Below are positions 10,232 through 19,137 of a stretch of 63,170 nt of DNA, piece after piece. The stretch is taken from contig CAZUFC010000039.1 in assembly GCA_964619725.1 (NCBI GenBank), positions 1 to 63,170 of the forward strand. Reading direction: 5' to 3'. The translations under genes and the position numbers were made by a program. The notes under the pieces were generated by a model. The model saw nothing but the letters and a program-made list of their open reading frames with translations, had not been told where the DNA came from and made no database searches. Each line of letters starts with the position of its first letter. Position 1 is the first letter of the stretch. Source of the DNA: an uncultured bacterium. Lineage in GTDB: Bacteria; CSSED10-310; CAZUFC01.

Positions 10232-10544
10232 TGATTTGAGATAATTCCTTAAGCGCAGAGGCTCAATAAAAAAGTAAGGCTCATCACCTTCCGCATCGGA
10301 AAAAGGGTAACCTATTGTATAAAAAGGATATTGCCCCTTTTGAGCCGGATTAGAATGTTAACAGGGGAGTTTCAGTTAGTCAAGTCTGTCGTCGTTTTGT
10401 TGCGGAAGAGGATGGGATTTCGTCAGAAGATGATATTGATGCTTTACATTATTTCGAAAAAGTTAGATTATAAACTTTAACCGGTGCAGGAAAGAAGGAG
10501 GAATTATTTTTGCCGGTAAGAATCAGAGAGAAGGAGGAAAATAG

Positions 10545-11372
10545 ATGGCTGAAGAGAAGATAGGGATTTTTCGAGCGTTATGGCGTTTCGTGAGTTTTTG
10601 GAAAGTGAGGAAAGCTCTGGGACTTGTAAGGGCGGCGGACAGGCAGTTTACGGGATCGGTCCGCGGGATATCGGACGCATTTGACATACAGCGTGATGAC
10701 ATGGTCAAGCAGTATAAGGGATTACGCGATGCGATAGCGCAGGTGGAATCGGTAATAGAGGACAAGCGGATGCGTCTTTCGAAGTTGAACGACGAGGAGA
10801 ATGAGCTGATCCAGAAGCGAGAGGGGGCATTAGCGAAGGCGGAGGAGGCGCAACTGGCGGGAGATGCAAGAGCGATGGAGAAGCATACGGCGGCATTTGA
10901 GCGTTTCGACAACAGGATTGCGAACATAGAGGAGGAGCAGGCGAAGTTGACTCAGGAGGTTGAAGCGACGTCGCAAACGATGGAGCGTTATATGCTGCAA
11001 TTGACGAAGATGCAGAGCGAGATCGAGAAGTTGCCCCATGAGAAGGCGAAGGCAGTGGCTGATTATGTATCTTCGAAGAGGATCATCGAGTTGAACGAGA
11101 GGTTGGCGGGGATAAAGACGAGCATAGAACGGGGTCCTGTGGATGCGGTATTGAAAGCGAACAAGGAGTTGACGGCCAAGGCGCGCATATCGGAGAAACT
11201 GACTGGCGCTGACGTGACTCTCCAGGATGAGCAGTATGCCCGTGCGGGGAAGGCTTCATCAGCTCGCGAGCGAATGCAGAGGATGCTGGCGGCGCGCAAG
11301 GCGGAGCGGGAAGCCAAGACAGGCGGAGAAAAGCAGCAGGAGAAGAGGACGGACGACAGGCCGGAAATTTAG
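10545..11372 (+). CDS. PspA/IM30-like (ESCRT-III superfamily) coiled-coil protein
   Basis: AGGAGG RBS; N-terminal amphipathic helix IGIFRALWRFVSFW (compare PspA MGIFSRF); long heptad helical hairpin; charged flexible tail; no TM segment. Confidence 0.7.
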   Translation: MAEEKIGIFRALWRFVSFWKVRKALGLVRAADRQFTGSVRGISDAFDIQRDDMVKQYKGLRDAIAQVESVIEDKRMRLSKLNDEENELIQKREGALAKAEEAQLAGDARAMEKHTAAFERFDNRIANIEEEQAKLTQEVEATSQTMERYMLQLTKMQSEIEKLPHEKAKAVADYVSSKRIIELNERLAGIKTSIERGPVDAVLKANKELTAKARISEKLTGADVTLQDEQYARAGKASSARERMQRMLAARKAEREAKTGGEKQQEKRTDDRPEI

Positions 11373-11520
11373 GGCTTGCATCACTCTTAATTTTTTCCAG
11401 GTGAAATTAATCAGTCCGCTTGATTGGCGGAGAGCGACTCACGGATAAAATAAGCAATTGAATTTACTGACGGATTCTATTTTAAATGAAAGTAAAAAGA
11501 ATGACCGGAGGAAGAGAAGC

Positions 11521-12588
11521 ATGAAGCTGAAAATATTTTGCGTATCTATTTTATTGATTTCAAGTTTTTTAATGATGGGTTGGGACCATGCGGCGGCGGA
11601 AAAGCCGAAATTCACCATCACGAAATCCATTTATGCAGGTTGGATGCCCTGGTATTACGCCAATGAGTCGGGCATAATGAAGAAGTGGGCGGACAAATAC
11701 GATGTTGAAATAGAGCTGGTTCACATGGATTACATACCGTCCATCGAGGCTTTTGTAGCCGGAAAAGCCGACGGTTGCGTAATGACCAACATGGAGGCGC
11801 TGGATATGCCGGCTGCTTCGGGCATAGACTGCACTGCTTTAATCGTAGGGGATTACTCCAACGGCAACGACGCCATTTTGACCAGAGACGGCATAACTGC
11901 GGAAAACATAAAAGGTCACAACGTTTATTTAGTTGAGTTATCCGTATCTCACTACCTGCTGGCTCAATTTGTGGAAAAAAACGGACTGAAGGAATCGGAC
12001 GTCAAGCTGGTGAATACGAGCGATTCGGATATTGCTCCGGCGTTTCTGGCCAATGAGGACCAGAAGGTTGTGGTAACGTGGAACCCGCTGGTAATGAACA
12101 TCGAGCAGGCGCCGGGAGTCAAAAAGATATTCACTTCAGCCGACATTCCCGGTCATATATTGGATTTAATGGTGGTCCGGACCGACAAATTAAAGGAGCA
12201 TCCCGAACTGGGAAAAGCGCTGACGGGCGCCTGGTATGAAGTTATGGCTCTCATGTCGAAACGCACCGAGAAGGCGAACGAGGTCATTGCGCAGATGGCG
12301 GAAGCTGCGGGCAGCAGTCCGACCGAGTATAAAAATCAGTTGAAGACAACGGCCATGTTTTATACTCCCGCATCAGCCGTTGAATATACGATGGGCAAGG
12401 AACTGAAAGACAACATGGAGCTGGTCCGTTCGTTCTGTTTCAAGCACGGATTGCTGGGTGAAGGAGCCGAAAGCGCTGACATCGTGGGCATAGAGTATCC
12501 CGACGGTTCCGTTCAGGGGGACAAGAAGAATGTCCGGCTTAGATTCGACGTATCATACATGAAGGCGGCTGCTGACGGAGAGTTGTAG
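11521..12588 (+). CDS. ABC transporter substrate-binding protein, urea/guanidine-carboxylase-associated type (NitT/TauT class)
   Basis: Start MKLKIF after GGAGG; signal peptide; SIYAGWMPW, KWADKY, DY..SI, TNM.AL, GDYSNGND, VELSVSHYLL, NTSDSDI, TWNP, LRFD.SYM..AADG.L. Confidence 0.85.
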   Translation: MKLKIFCVSILLISSFLMMGWDHAAAEKPKFTITKSIYAGWMPWYYANESGIMKKWADKYDVEIELVHMDYIPSIEAFVAGKADGCVMTNMEALDMPAASGIDCTALIVGDYSNGNDAILTRDGITAENIKGHNVYLVELSVSHYLLAQFVEKNGLKESDVKLVNTSDSDIAPAFLANEDQKVVVTWNPLVMNIEQAPGVKKIFTSADIPGHILDLMVVRTDKLKEHPELGKALTGAWYEVMALMSKRTEKANEVIAQMAEAAGSSPTEYKNQLKTTAMFYTPASAVEYTMGKELKDNMELVRSFCFKHGLLGEGAESADIVGIEYPDGSVQGDKKNVRLRFDVSYMKAAADGEL

Positions 12589-12668
12589 TCCGGTAAGATG
12601 AAGATGGGAGGACGGAAGATCGGGCGCCTTTTTTGTGTCGGGATTGATGGACAGGGGGAGTTTTGATC

Positions 12669-13484
12669 ATGGGTCTGGCGTTTTTCGACATCAACAGAAA
12701 ACCCGGTAAGATTACGGCTTTTATTCTGTCGATTTCCATTTTCCTCGTCTGCATAGCCGCTTATTCGATTTTCTCTTACCTGAGGCATAAGGAGAATCCC
12801 CAGGACAAGCTGGCGCCTTCTTTCCAGGATATGGCAGATGGGGTGAAGCGGACGGCGTTTGAGAAAGACCGCAAGGACGAATACCGGTTATTGATCGACA
12901 CTATCGCCAGTTCCAGGCGATTTCTAATTTCTCTGGCGTTGCTGATACCTGCGGTAATTCTTGGATTGTGCATGGGCGTTTTTCCATACATGGAGAAGCT
13001 GTTTTTACGTTTTATGCTATTTTTCGACAAGATACCGGCTCTGGCGGTGTTGCCGATTTTGTTCATCATATTCGGGTTGGGCGAAGTATCGAAGATGGCG
13101 CTGATTGTGATCGGAGTTTTTCCAACCATTGCACTGGATACGTTTTTAAGGGCGAAATCTGTGCCTCGTGAGCAGAAGATCAAGGCAATGACTTTGGGTG
13201 CGAGCAGTCCTGAGATCACTTTTTTCATTATTTTACCGCAGATTCTACCGAAGGCGCTGGATACGATACGATTAAATTTCAAGGCGATGATTCTATTTCT
13301 GATAGCGGGAGAATCGCTGGCGGCGACGGCGGGACTGGGATACAGAATTTTCCTGGTACGGCGATACATCGCCATGGAAATAATCATTCCTTATGTCATC
13401 TGGATAAGTCTGCTGGCCTATTCGATTGATTTGCTGTTTCGTTTGTTCAATCGAAAAATGTTTCCGTGGGTGGATAAGGGATAG
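12669..13484 (+). CDS. NitT/TauT-type ABC transporter permease
   Basis: Hydrophobic; IPALAVLPILFIIFGLGE.SK, EAA-like KAMTLGAS, GLGYRIFLVRRY. Start may be at 12663. Confidence 0.9.
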   Translation: MGLAFFDINRKPGKITAFILSISIFLVCIAAYSIFSYLRHKENPQDKLAPSFQDMADGVKRTAFEKDRKDEYRLLIDTIASSRRFLISLALLIPAVILGLCMGVFPYMEKLFLRFMLFFDKIPALAVLPILFIIFGLGEVSKMALIVIGVFPTIALDTFLRAKSVPREQKIKAMTLGASSPEITFFIILPQILPKALDTIRLNFKAMILFLIAGESLAATAGLGYRIFLVRRYIAMEIIIPYVIWISLLAYSIDLLFRLFNRKMFPWVDKG

Positions 13485-13493
13485 GGTGAGGTT

Positions 13494-14429
13494 ATGACGG
13501 AGGAGAAGCGATCAGTATCGCAAATGGGGAATGAAAACGATTACATTCTGAATCTGGAGGACGTATACAAGTCATATCCGAACCCTAAGACAGGCAAACC
13601 GAATCGCATATTGAACGACATAGACCTGCATGTCCGGGCAGGGGAGTTCATCACGGTAGTTGGCCCGACGGGTTGCGGCAAATCGACGATGTTACGGCTC
13701 ATTCTGGGGTCTGAACAGCCTGACAGGGGAACTATTCTGTGCAATAAAGAGCCGATCGGAAGTCCTTCCCGCGACCGGGGCATAGTTTTCCAGAAGTATT
13801 CGTTATTTCCCGATAAGACGGTTTTGCACAACATAATACTGGGACTTGAGCTGGAACAATTTAATTTGTTCAGCCGGTTTGCGAGACCTTTCCGGTTCAG
13901 AAAGAAGCGGAAAATGTTCGAGGAAAGGGCGTTTACTTTTCTGGAAAGGGTGGGGTTGTCTAAAGATGCGCACAAGTATCCTCACGAACTTTCCGGCGGC
14001 ATGCGTCAACGAGTGGCCATCGCCCAGGCGCTGATCATGAGGCCGGCCATACTTTTGATGGATGAGCCGTTCGGGGCTCTGGACGACAGTACGCGCCAGG
14101 AGATGCAGGTTTTTATTTTGGAGCAGTGGGAAGCATCGCAAATGACTGTATTTTTCGTGACGCATGACCTGGAGGAGGCGGCGTTTCTGGGTTCCCGCAT
14201 CCTGGTATTGTCCCAATATTATTCATGGAGTGAAGGCGAGGCTGCGGGGGCTAAAATCGTAACAGACATTCTGGTTCCCGGCGGGCATCCCAAGCCAACC
14301 GATTTTAAGTATTCCCGCGATTTCAACCGAATCCTGGAGCAGATACGGAGAGACGGCCTGGACCCGGAACACCGGCAGGAAATCGACAAGTTCAACCTGT
14401 CGCATCCCGATTCTTTCAGGACGCTTTGA
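13494..14429 (+). CDS. NitT/TauT-type ABC transporter ATP-binding protein
   Basis: GPTGCGKST, VFQKYSLFP, LSGGMRQR, LLMDEPFGALD, VTHDLEEA. Confidence 0.93.
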   Translation: MTEEKRSVSQMGNENDYILNLEDVYKSYPNPKTGKPNRILNDIDLHVRAGEFITVVGPTGCGKSTMLRLILGSEQPDRGTILCNKEPIGSPSRDRGIVFQKYSLFPDKTVLHNIILGLELEQFNLFSRFARPFRFRKKRKMFEERAFTFLERVGLSKDAHKYPHELSGGMRQRVAIAQALIMRPAILLMDEPFGALDDSTRQEMQVFILEQWEASQMTVFFVTHDLEEAAFLGSRILVLSQYYSWSEGEAAGAKIVTDILVPGGHPKPTDFKYSRDFNRILEQIRRDGLDPEHRQEIDKFNLSHPDSFRTL

Positions 14430-14451
14430 TTTAGCAAGGAGTTGAGTAAAA

Positions 14452-16188
14452 ATGTCTGAGAAGAAATCCGCTATTGCAGGCAAACGTCCTGTATTTCTTA
14501 ATACGCTCAAGGAAATGTACAATCTTCGCCGCAAAAACGTGATTCTTCTTACGGGTGACGTCAACGGACTTTTCTGGAATGAATCGGCGAGTGATTTTTT
14601 GTTTTTGAGTCAGACGCTTTATCGTGAGTTAAGCGATAAATTCAACATTATCCGGATGGACATATCGACTGGGCTTAATTATTTCGACGTTAAAGACGGG
14701 CAGGAGATCATGCGCGTTTGCGATGAACCCGACGGCCGGTATACGCGCCGTTCGGCGGGAAGGTCGCTCAGCAGTCTGATTGAGTCCAACCGCCACAGTC
14801 CTCTTCCCAATCTGGTTCTCCTGAAGGAGATGACGTCGAGCTTCATTCAACTGCGCCGTATCGAGTATGGGATAAAACCGCTCTGCATAATTATTCAGTA
14901 CGCCGGAGCGTTGTTGTCTCCCGGCGATTACGACAGGCTTTCCGATATCGACAGACAGCGGCTGGTCTTCTTTTTAAACTGGATATCCGATCCGATTTTT
15001 CGCAACAGTCCCGAACTGATCATCATGATCAACTCCGTCAAATCAGAGATAAACTCGAAGATAACCAAGCTTCCCAATGTATCTCACATAGAGATACCTC
15101 TGCCAGATGAAAAAAGCCGTACCCGGTTCATTGATCATTTCCGGAAGAAACGTTCCGGAATAAAAATAAAAGGCGGAAAACAGAGGTTTGCCGAAGCCAC
15201 TGCAGGACTGACGCTGAACAACATCAAAGATATGCTGGAGGCGGCGCATAGGACCGGCAAACCCGTAACCCGGCAGCATGTTCTGGACGAAGTCAATACG
15301 GTATTGCAGGCGCAACTCGGAAACATCATCAGCATAAAACGTCCGTCCCATACTCCCGACCAGATAATAGGGTATAAACGGACAGCCGAAATATTCTTCA
15401 ATCTTTTCGACCGTTGCGAAGAAAAGGATACCGCCGTATCCGCCGTGCTGGTCTCCGGGCCGAACGGCAGCGGCAAAACTTTTCAGCTCGAAGCCTATGC
15501 CGCCAGATCGGGAAGAATCGTCATCGAATTGACGGGCCTCAGAGGTTCTTATTTCGGACAGACGGACCAGTTCTTCGAATTGCTTAGATGGCATATCGCC
15601 ACTTTCGGTAAAATACTGATCCTGGTGGATGAGGCTCATACGGCGTTTGGAAGCGTTCACTCCGCTGATACGCATAAAACCGAAAAACGTCTCGCAGGCA
15701 ATATTATCAAGATGATGGGGAATCCCGATTTCCTCGGAAAAGTCCTCTGGGGACTCATGACCTCGCGCCCCGATGAACTGGACCCTGACATTAAAAGCCG
15801 TTCCCCCATCCAGATACCCATTTTCGACCTGGAAGGAAACGAGAGAGTAGACTTCGTCGCTGAAATATTTAAGCGGAAAAAAATAGACCTTTCCGAACAG
15901 GATATTCAGGAGATTGTTGAAAAGACGGACTATTACTCAGCTCGAGACTATCGCAACCTGGTCGCTGAAGTCCTGGCGGCAAGAAGAAAAAAGCCGGAAA
16001 TTAAAGTATTGGAAGTATTGAGCGGGTGGCAGGCCAGCCGCTCGATAAAAACACAGAGAGAATTCCAGGAAACAATCGCCGCTCTACACTGTTCCTATCC
16101 CAAATTGCTGCCGGAAAGATTCCGAAAAATGGAAGATCGCCAGATCATTCAAAAAATTGAAGAACTCAAGATGATTTTAAGGCACTGA
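14452..16188 (+). CDS. Classic-clade AAA+ ATPase with degenerate N-terminal and intact C-terminal AAA module
   Basis: C-terminal module: GPNGSGKT, pore loop RGSYFGQTD, ILVDEAH, TSRPDELDPDIKSR. N-terminal module has ILLTGDVNG and IIQYAG where Walker motifs would be, followed by IPLPDEKSR and TAGLT lid features. Confidence 0.85.
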   Translation: MSEKKSAIAGKRPVFLNTLKEMYNLRRKNVILLTGDVNGLFWNESASDFLFLSQTLYRELSDKFNIIRMDISTGLNYFDVKDGQEIMRVCDEPDGRYTRRSAGRSLSSLIESNRHSPLPNLVLLKEMTSSFIQLRRIEYGIKPLCIIIQYAGALLSPGDYDRLSDIDRQRLVFFLNWISDPIFRNSPELIIMINSVKSEINSKITKLPNVSHIEIPLPDEKSRTRFIDHFRKKRSGIKIKGGKQRFAEATAGLTLNNIKDMLEAAHRTGKPVTRQHVLDEVNTVLQAQLGNIISIKRPSHTPDQIIGYKRTAEIFFNLFDRCEEKDTAVSAVLVSGPNGSGKTFQLEAYAARSGRIVIELTGLRGSYFGQTDQFFELLRWHIATFGKILILVDEAHTAFGSVHSADTHKTEKRLAGNIIKMMGNPDFLGKVLWGLMTSRPDELDPDIKSRSPIQIPIFDLEGNERVDFVAEIFKRKKIDLSEQDIQEIVEKTDYYSARDYRNLVAEVLAARRKKPEIKVLEVLSGWQASRSIKTQREFQETIAALHCSYPKLLPERFRKMEDRQIIQKIEELKMILRH

Positions 16189-16329
16189 ACCGGATTTGGG
16201 AGAAGATTGTTCAAGTCGGCGAGCGTCCAATTTGTATTCCCGATTTTTCATCAGGTTTAGTTCATTCATACTCAAATAATCAACATGTCGACTTTTTTGA
16301 TCATACGTGAGCTTGACGATTTCTGAAAA

Positions 16330-16445
16330 TACCTCTGCTGAGGTTACAATTCGACAGAATCTCAAATCATTGTGTTCCGATCCCGATTAACGAAACTGTT
16401 GTAAATTTTGAAAAAAGCGTTGCCCCAGGGCGCTCAGTCCGAAAA
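16330..16445. repeat. Intergenic element family B, copy 1 (degenerate)
   Basis: GAGGTTACAATTCGACAGAA...CCGATCCCGATTA...TTTTGAAAAAAG..TTGCCCCAG aligns with 22306-22470 and 28130-28278. Confidence 0.65.
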
Positions 16446-16455
16446 TTTGTGAACC

Positions 16456-16899
16456 TCAGCGGTGTAATGCAATACGGTTAACCGGTTTTTCAGCGGGGTC
16501 TTCAAACCATCTGAAGTAGTTTTCAGCGCCGGTTATTCCTTGCTGAATCAGCGCTTTTTTCTTTTCATCTGAAATATCGAAATCGGTTGTTTTAACGTCC
16601 AGAGTATTGATATAAATCGTTCTCTGCCAGTCATCGCTGTGAAGATGCTGATTTTCCTGGACCTGCATGACTGCTGAAATTAGCGCTCTGGCATAATCGC
16701 TGAAATTTTTTATTTTTTTACTGTGAGGCTTTTCTTCGTGCCGGTAAACGCCTATTTCTTCAGCCGTATCCAATCTCAGTCCGAGTGATTGGCGATTGTA
16801 TACATAAGGACTGAATTGCGGATTTTCCAGGAGTCTCAGGGCATTTTCTTCATTGTAGTAGGGGACAGGTCGAGCGGCCTGGGCTTCATTCTTCCTCAA
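16456..16899 (-). pseudogene. 3' remnant of a patatin-like phospholipase gene
   Basis: YVYNRQSLGLRLD...QENQHLHSDDWQRTIYINTLDVKTTDFDISDEKK resembles the C-terminal part of bacterial patatin-like proteins; the GGG, GxSxG and DGG catalytic motifs are absent. Confidence 0.6.
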
Positions 16900-17272
16900 G
16901 TTCTATGGGTCGGAAGATCACTTCAGGTTGTGGAGGCAAGGGTTCATTGCAATAGGGGCAGATGGTGGACCAGTCCTTCAATCTTCTGCCGCAGCTTTCG
17001 CAGACCGGCGTATCCTTGTGGAATCCCACCTGTCCCTTGCGCCGCTTGTTGACTTCGTACCTGGCCGCTCCTTCGATGACGAAGGCTATGAAAAAGACAA
17101 GCGATATAGTCAGGATGGTCCCCGAATTTTTTTTATTGAATCCGAGCGCTCCGCCCAGCATTACGGCTACAAAGAGTATGAAGAACGTACGCTGAATGAT
17201 GAAGGCTATCCAGTCGCCTTTGCCCCAGACTTTGTATTCTTTTTGTTTATGATTTGCGTTTTCTTTCGTCAT
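16886..17272 (-). CDS. Small two-TM membrane protein with C-terminal zinc ribbon
   Basis: Two hydrophobic helices then CESCG...CPYCN. Confidence 0.7.
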   Translation of the reverse strand: MTKENANHKQKEYKVWGKGDWIAFIIQRTFFILFVAVMLGGALGFNKKNSGTILTISLVFFIAFVIEGAARYEVNKRRKGQVGFHKDTPVCESCGRRLKDWSTICPYCNEPLPPQPEVIFRPIELEEE

Positions 17273-17360
17273 TGCTGAAAATACGCCTGTTTCGGAGCGT
17301 TATTCTTTTCGTCGCAAGTCATTTTATCAGATAACGAAGTTAAATCAAAAAATAGGCATT

Positions 17361-17428
17361 GATAAAAAACCGCAGCGCCTGCCCGGCGCTGAATTTTGAA
17401 TGGAGATTCGAGTTTATGGACAGGCGCT
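17361..17428. repeat. Right-end segment of element family A
   Basis: GATAAAAAACCGCAGCGCCTGCCCGGCGCTGAATTTTGAATGGAGATTCGAGTTTATGGACAGGCGCT aligns end to end with 60028-60095. Confidence 0.7.
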
Positions 17429-17435
17429 GGTTAAA

Positions 17436-18134
17436 CTAGACATCTAAGCATAAGTCCTCAGGCCAATAGGGCGGCAGGGGAGCTTTAAAAGTCAATTTTT
17501 CTTTTGTCGTCGGGTGAGAGATCGTCAGTTTATATGCGTGGAGGGCTATGGCGCGGCCGGAATAGAGTTTTTCGGTTTTTGCGGGAGGTTTTCTGAAGTC
17601 GTATTTGTAGTCGCCTATGATGGGGCAGTCGATTTTTGCCAGTTGAGCGCGTATTTGGTGTTTTACGCCAGTGATGAGTTTAATTTGCAGGAGCGACCTG
17701 TCGTTTTTCGTTCCCAGAAGTTTATAATTGAGTTCCGCTTTTCTGGATTCTGCTTTTTTTTCTGAGAAGACGAGGACCCTGGCGGGTCTTTTTCTTTTGT
17801 CCAGGTAATGGATAAGGGCGCCTTCATCTTGCGGCGGGCGTCCTTCGGTCGCAGCCAGGTATATTTTTTCCGTGGAACGTTCCCGGAACTGTTTCGCCAT
17901 TCGTGATGCCGCTTTGCTGGTACGGGCGAACAGCATGACTCCGGAAACGGGCCGGTCAAGCCTGTGTACAAGGCCCAGGAAGACTGCACCGGGCTTATCG
18001 AATTTATTTTTGATGTAGCTTTTGCATATTTCCAGCATGGAATGGTCGCCGGTTCTGTCTCCCTGGCTGAGTATCCCGGCGGGTTTGAGGACTGTGAGAA
18101 GGTGATTGTCGATATATAGGACTTTGAGTTTCAT
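17436..18134 (-). CDS. RluA-family RNA pseudouridine synthase
   Basis: Likely start MKLKVLY at 18134; KPAGILSQ, catalytic HRLDRPVSG, TGVKHQIRAQLA, PIIGD.KY, ALHA. Confidence 0.92.
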   Translation of the reverse strand: MKLKVLYIDNHLLTVLKPAGILSQGDRTGDHSMLEICKSYIKNKFDKPGAVFLGLVHRLDRPVSGVMLFARTSKAASRMAKQFRERSTEKIYLAATEGRPPQDEGALIHYLDKRKRPARVLVFSEKKAESRKAELNYKLLGTKNDRSLLQIKLITGVKHQIRAQLAKIDCPIIGDYKYDFRKPPAKTEKLYSGRAIALHAYKLTISHPTTKEKLTFKAPLPPYWPEDLCLDV

Positions 18135-18144
18135 GAGCGCCGAT

Positions 18145-19050
18145 TCATTGTGAGTTCCAGCGCCCGAAAATGGCCATGGATAGTTTATCCTGGCCATGGG
18201 AAGGTTTGCAGACCAGTTCGCCGACGCTGATGTTTCCGGGCAATTCGCCCAGGAGTTCATGCAGAAGATTAGCGATAAGCAGACAGGACTGATCGATGGA
18301 ATACATGGTTATCAGGAAGCATAAGGGATTGTCGCTCAAGGTTTTTTTGCACAGCAGCAGCACCTCCGGCAGGTTTTTTTCAATTTTCCATAGTTCCCGT
18401 TTAGGACCGCGACCGAACGAAGGAGGGTCCATGACGACAATATCGTAACGTCGGCCGCGCCTGTTTTCGCGTCCGACGAACTTGATTGCGTCGTCGATTA
18501 TCCACCGGACGGGACGGTCCTGTAGACCGGAGAGTTTTTGATTATGACGCGCCCATTCCACCACGCCTTTTGAGGCATCCACGTGAGTGACGGAAGTTCC
18601 TTCAGCCGCAGCGATCAGGGTCGCGACTCCGGTATAACCGAAAAGATTCAACATGTTCAGGTTTTTGCGTTTGGATATTTTGATGGTGTCCCGCAGCCAA
18701 CTCCAGTTGGCGGATTGTTCGGGAAAAACGCCGACATGTTTGGAGGTGGACGTAAGCCGGGCTTCCAGCGTCAAATCATCAAAACGAAGAAGCCATTCCC
18801 GGGGAACGGACTTATTGAAAGTCCAGCCAGAACGACTGGCGCCTTCATGTCGGGCAACGGCTCTTTTCCATTCCGAATCGATCAGCCTGGGTTTCCACCA
18901 GGCTTTGATTTCTTCCCTGATTACCGTATATCTCCCGAATCGTTCCAATTTGAGCCCGCGACCTGAATCCAGAAGAGAATATTCCTCCCAGTGGTCCTCC
19001 AGGATCATAACGGAGTCGGGGTATGATGATTTATTGTGTTCTTTTTTCAT
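18145..19050 (-). CDS. Class I SAM-dependent methyltransferase (RlmI/RlmK-related)
   Basis: YSLLDSG.G.KLERFG, KHVGVFPEQ, LNLFGYTG, HVDAS, DPPSFGRGP. Confidence 0.88.
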   Translation of the reverse strand: MKKEHNKSSYPDSVMILEDHWEEYSLLDSGRGLKLERFGRYTVIREEIKAWWKPRLIDSEWKRAVARHEGASRSGWTFNKSVPREWLLRFDDLTLEARLTSTSKHVGVFPEQSANWSWLRDTIKISKRKNLNMLNLFGYTGVATLIAAAEGTSVTHVDASKGVVEWARHNQKLSGLQDRPVRWIIDDAIKFVGRENRRGRRYDIVVMDPPSFGRGPKRELWKIEKNLPEVLLLCKKTLSDNPLCFLITMYSIDQSCLLIANLLHELLGELPGNISVGELVCKPSHGQDKLSMAIFGRWNSQ

Positions 19051-19137
19051 TTGAGAATCTTCAGAAATTTAAATTAGCCGCCCTGCCGATCATCCATTCT
19101 TCCAATCATCCGCTCTTCCAATCTTCCCTCTTCCTTT

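Noticed and set aside
11368-11456. Possible guanidine-I (ykkC) riboswitch before the SBP gene (TAGGG...GTCCG...GAGAG...CACGGA...AAAA in order)
   Set aside because: Lacks the conserved GGUUCCG and GGGAYAAAAGCCCGGG elements and convincing stems, and the TAG is simply the upstream stop codon. An Infernal search would settle it.
19088-19136. Short TCTTCCAATC-type periodic pyrimidine tract
   Set aside because: Low-complexity intergenic microrepeat with no supportable function.
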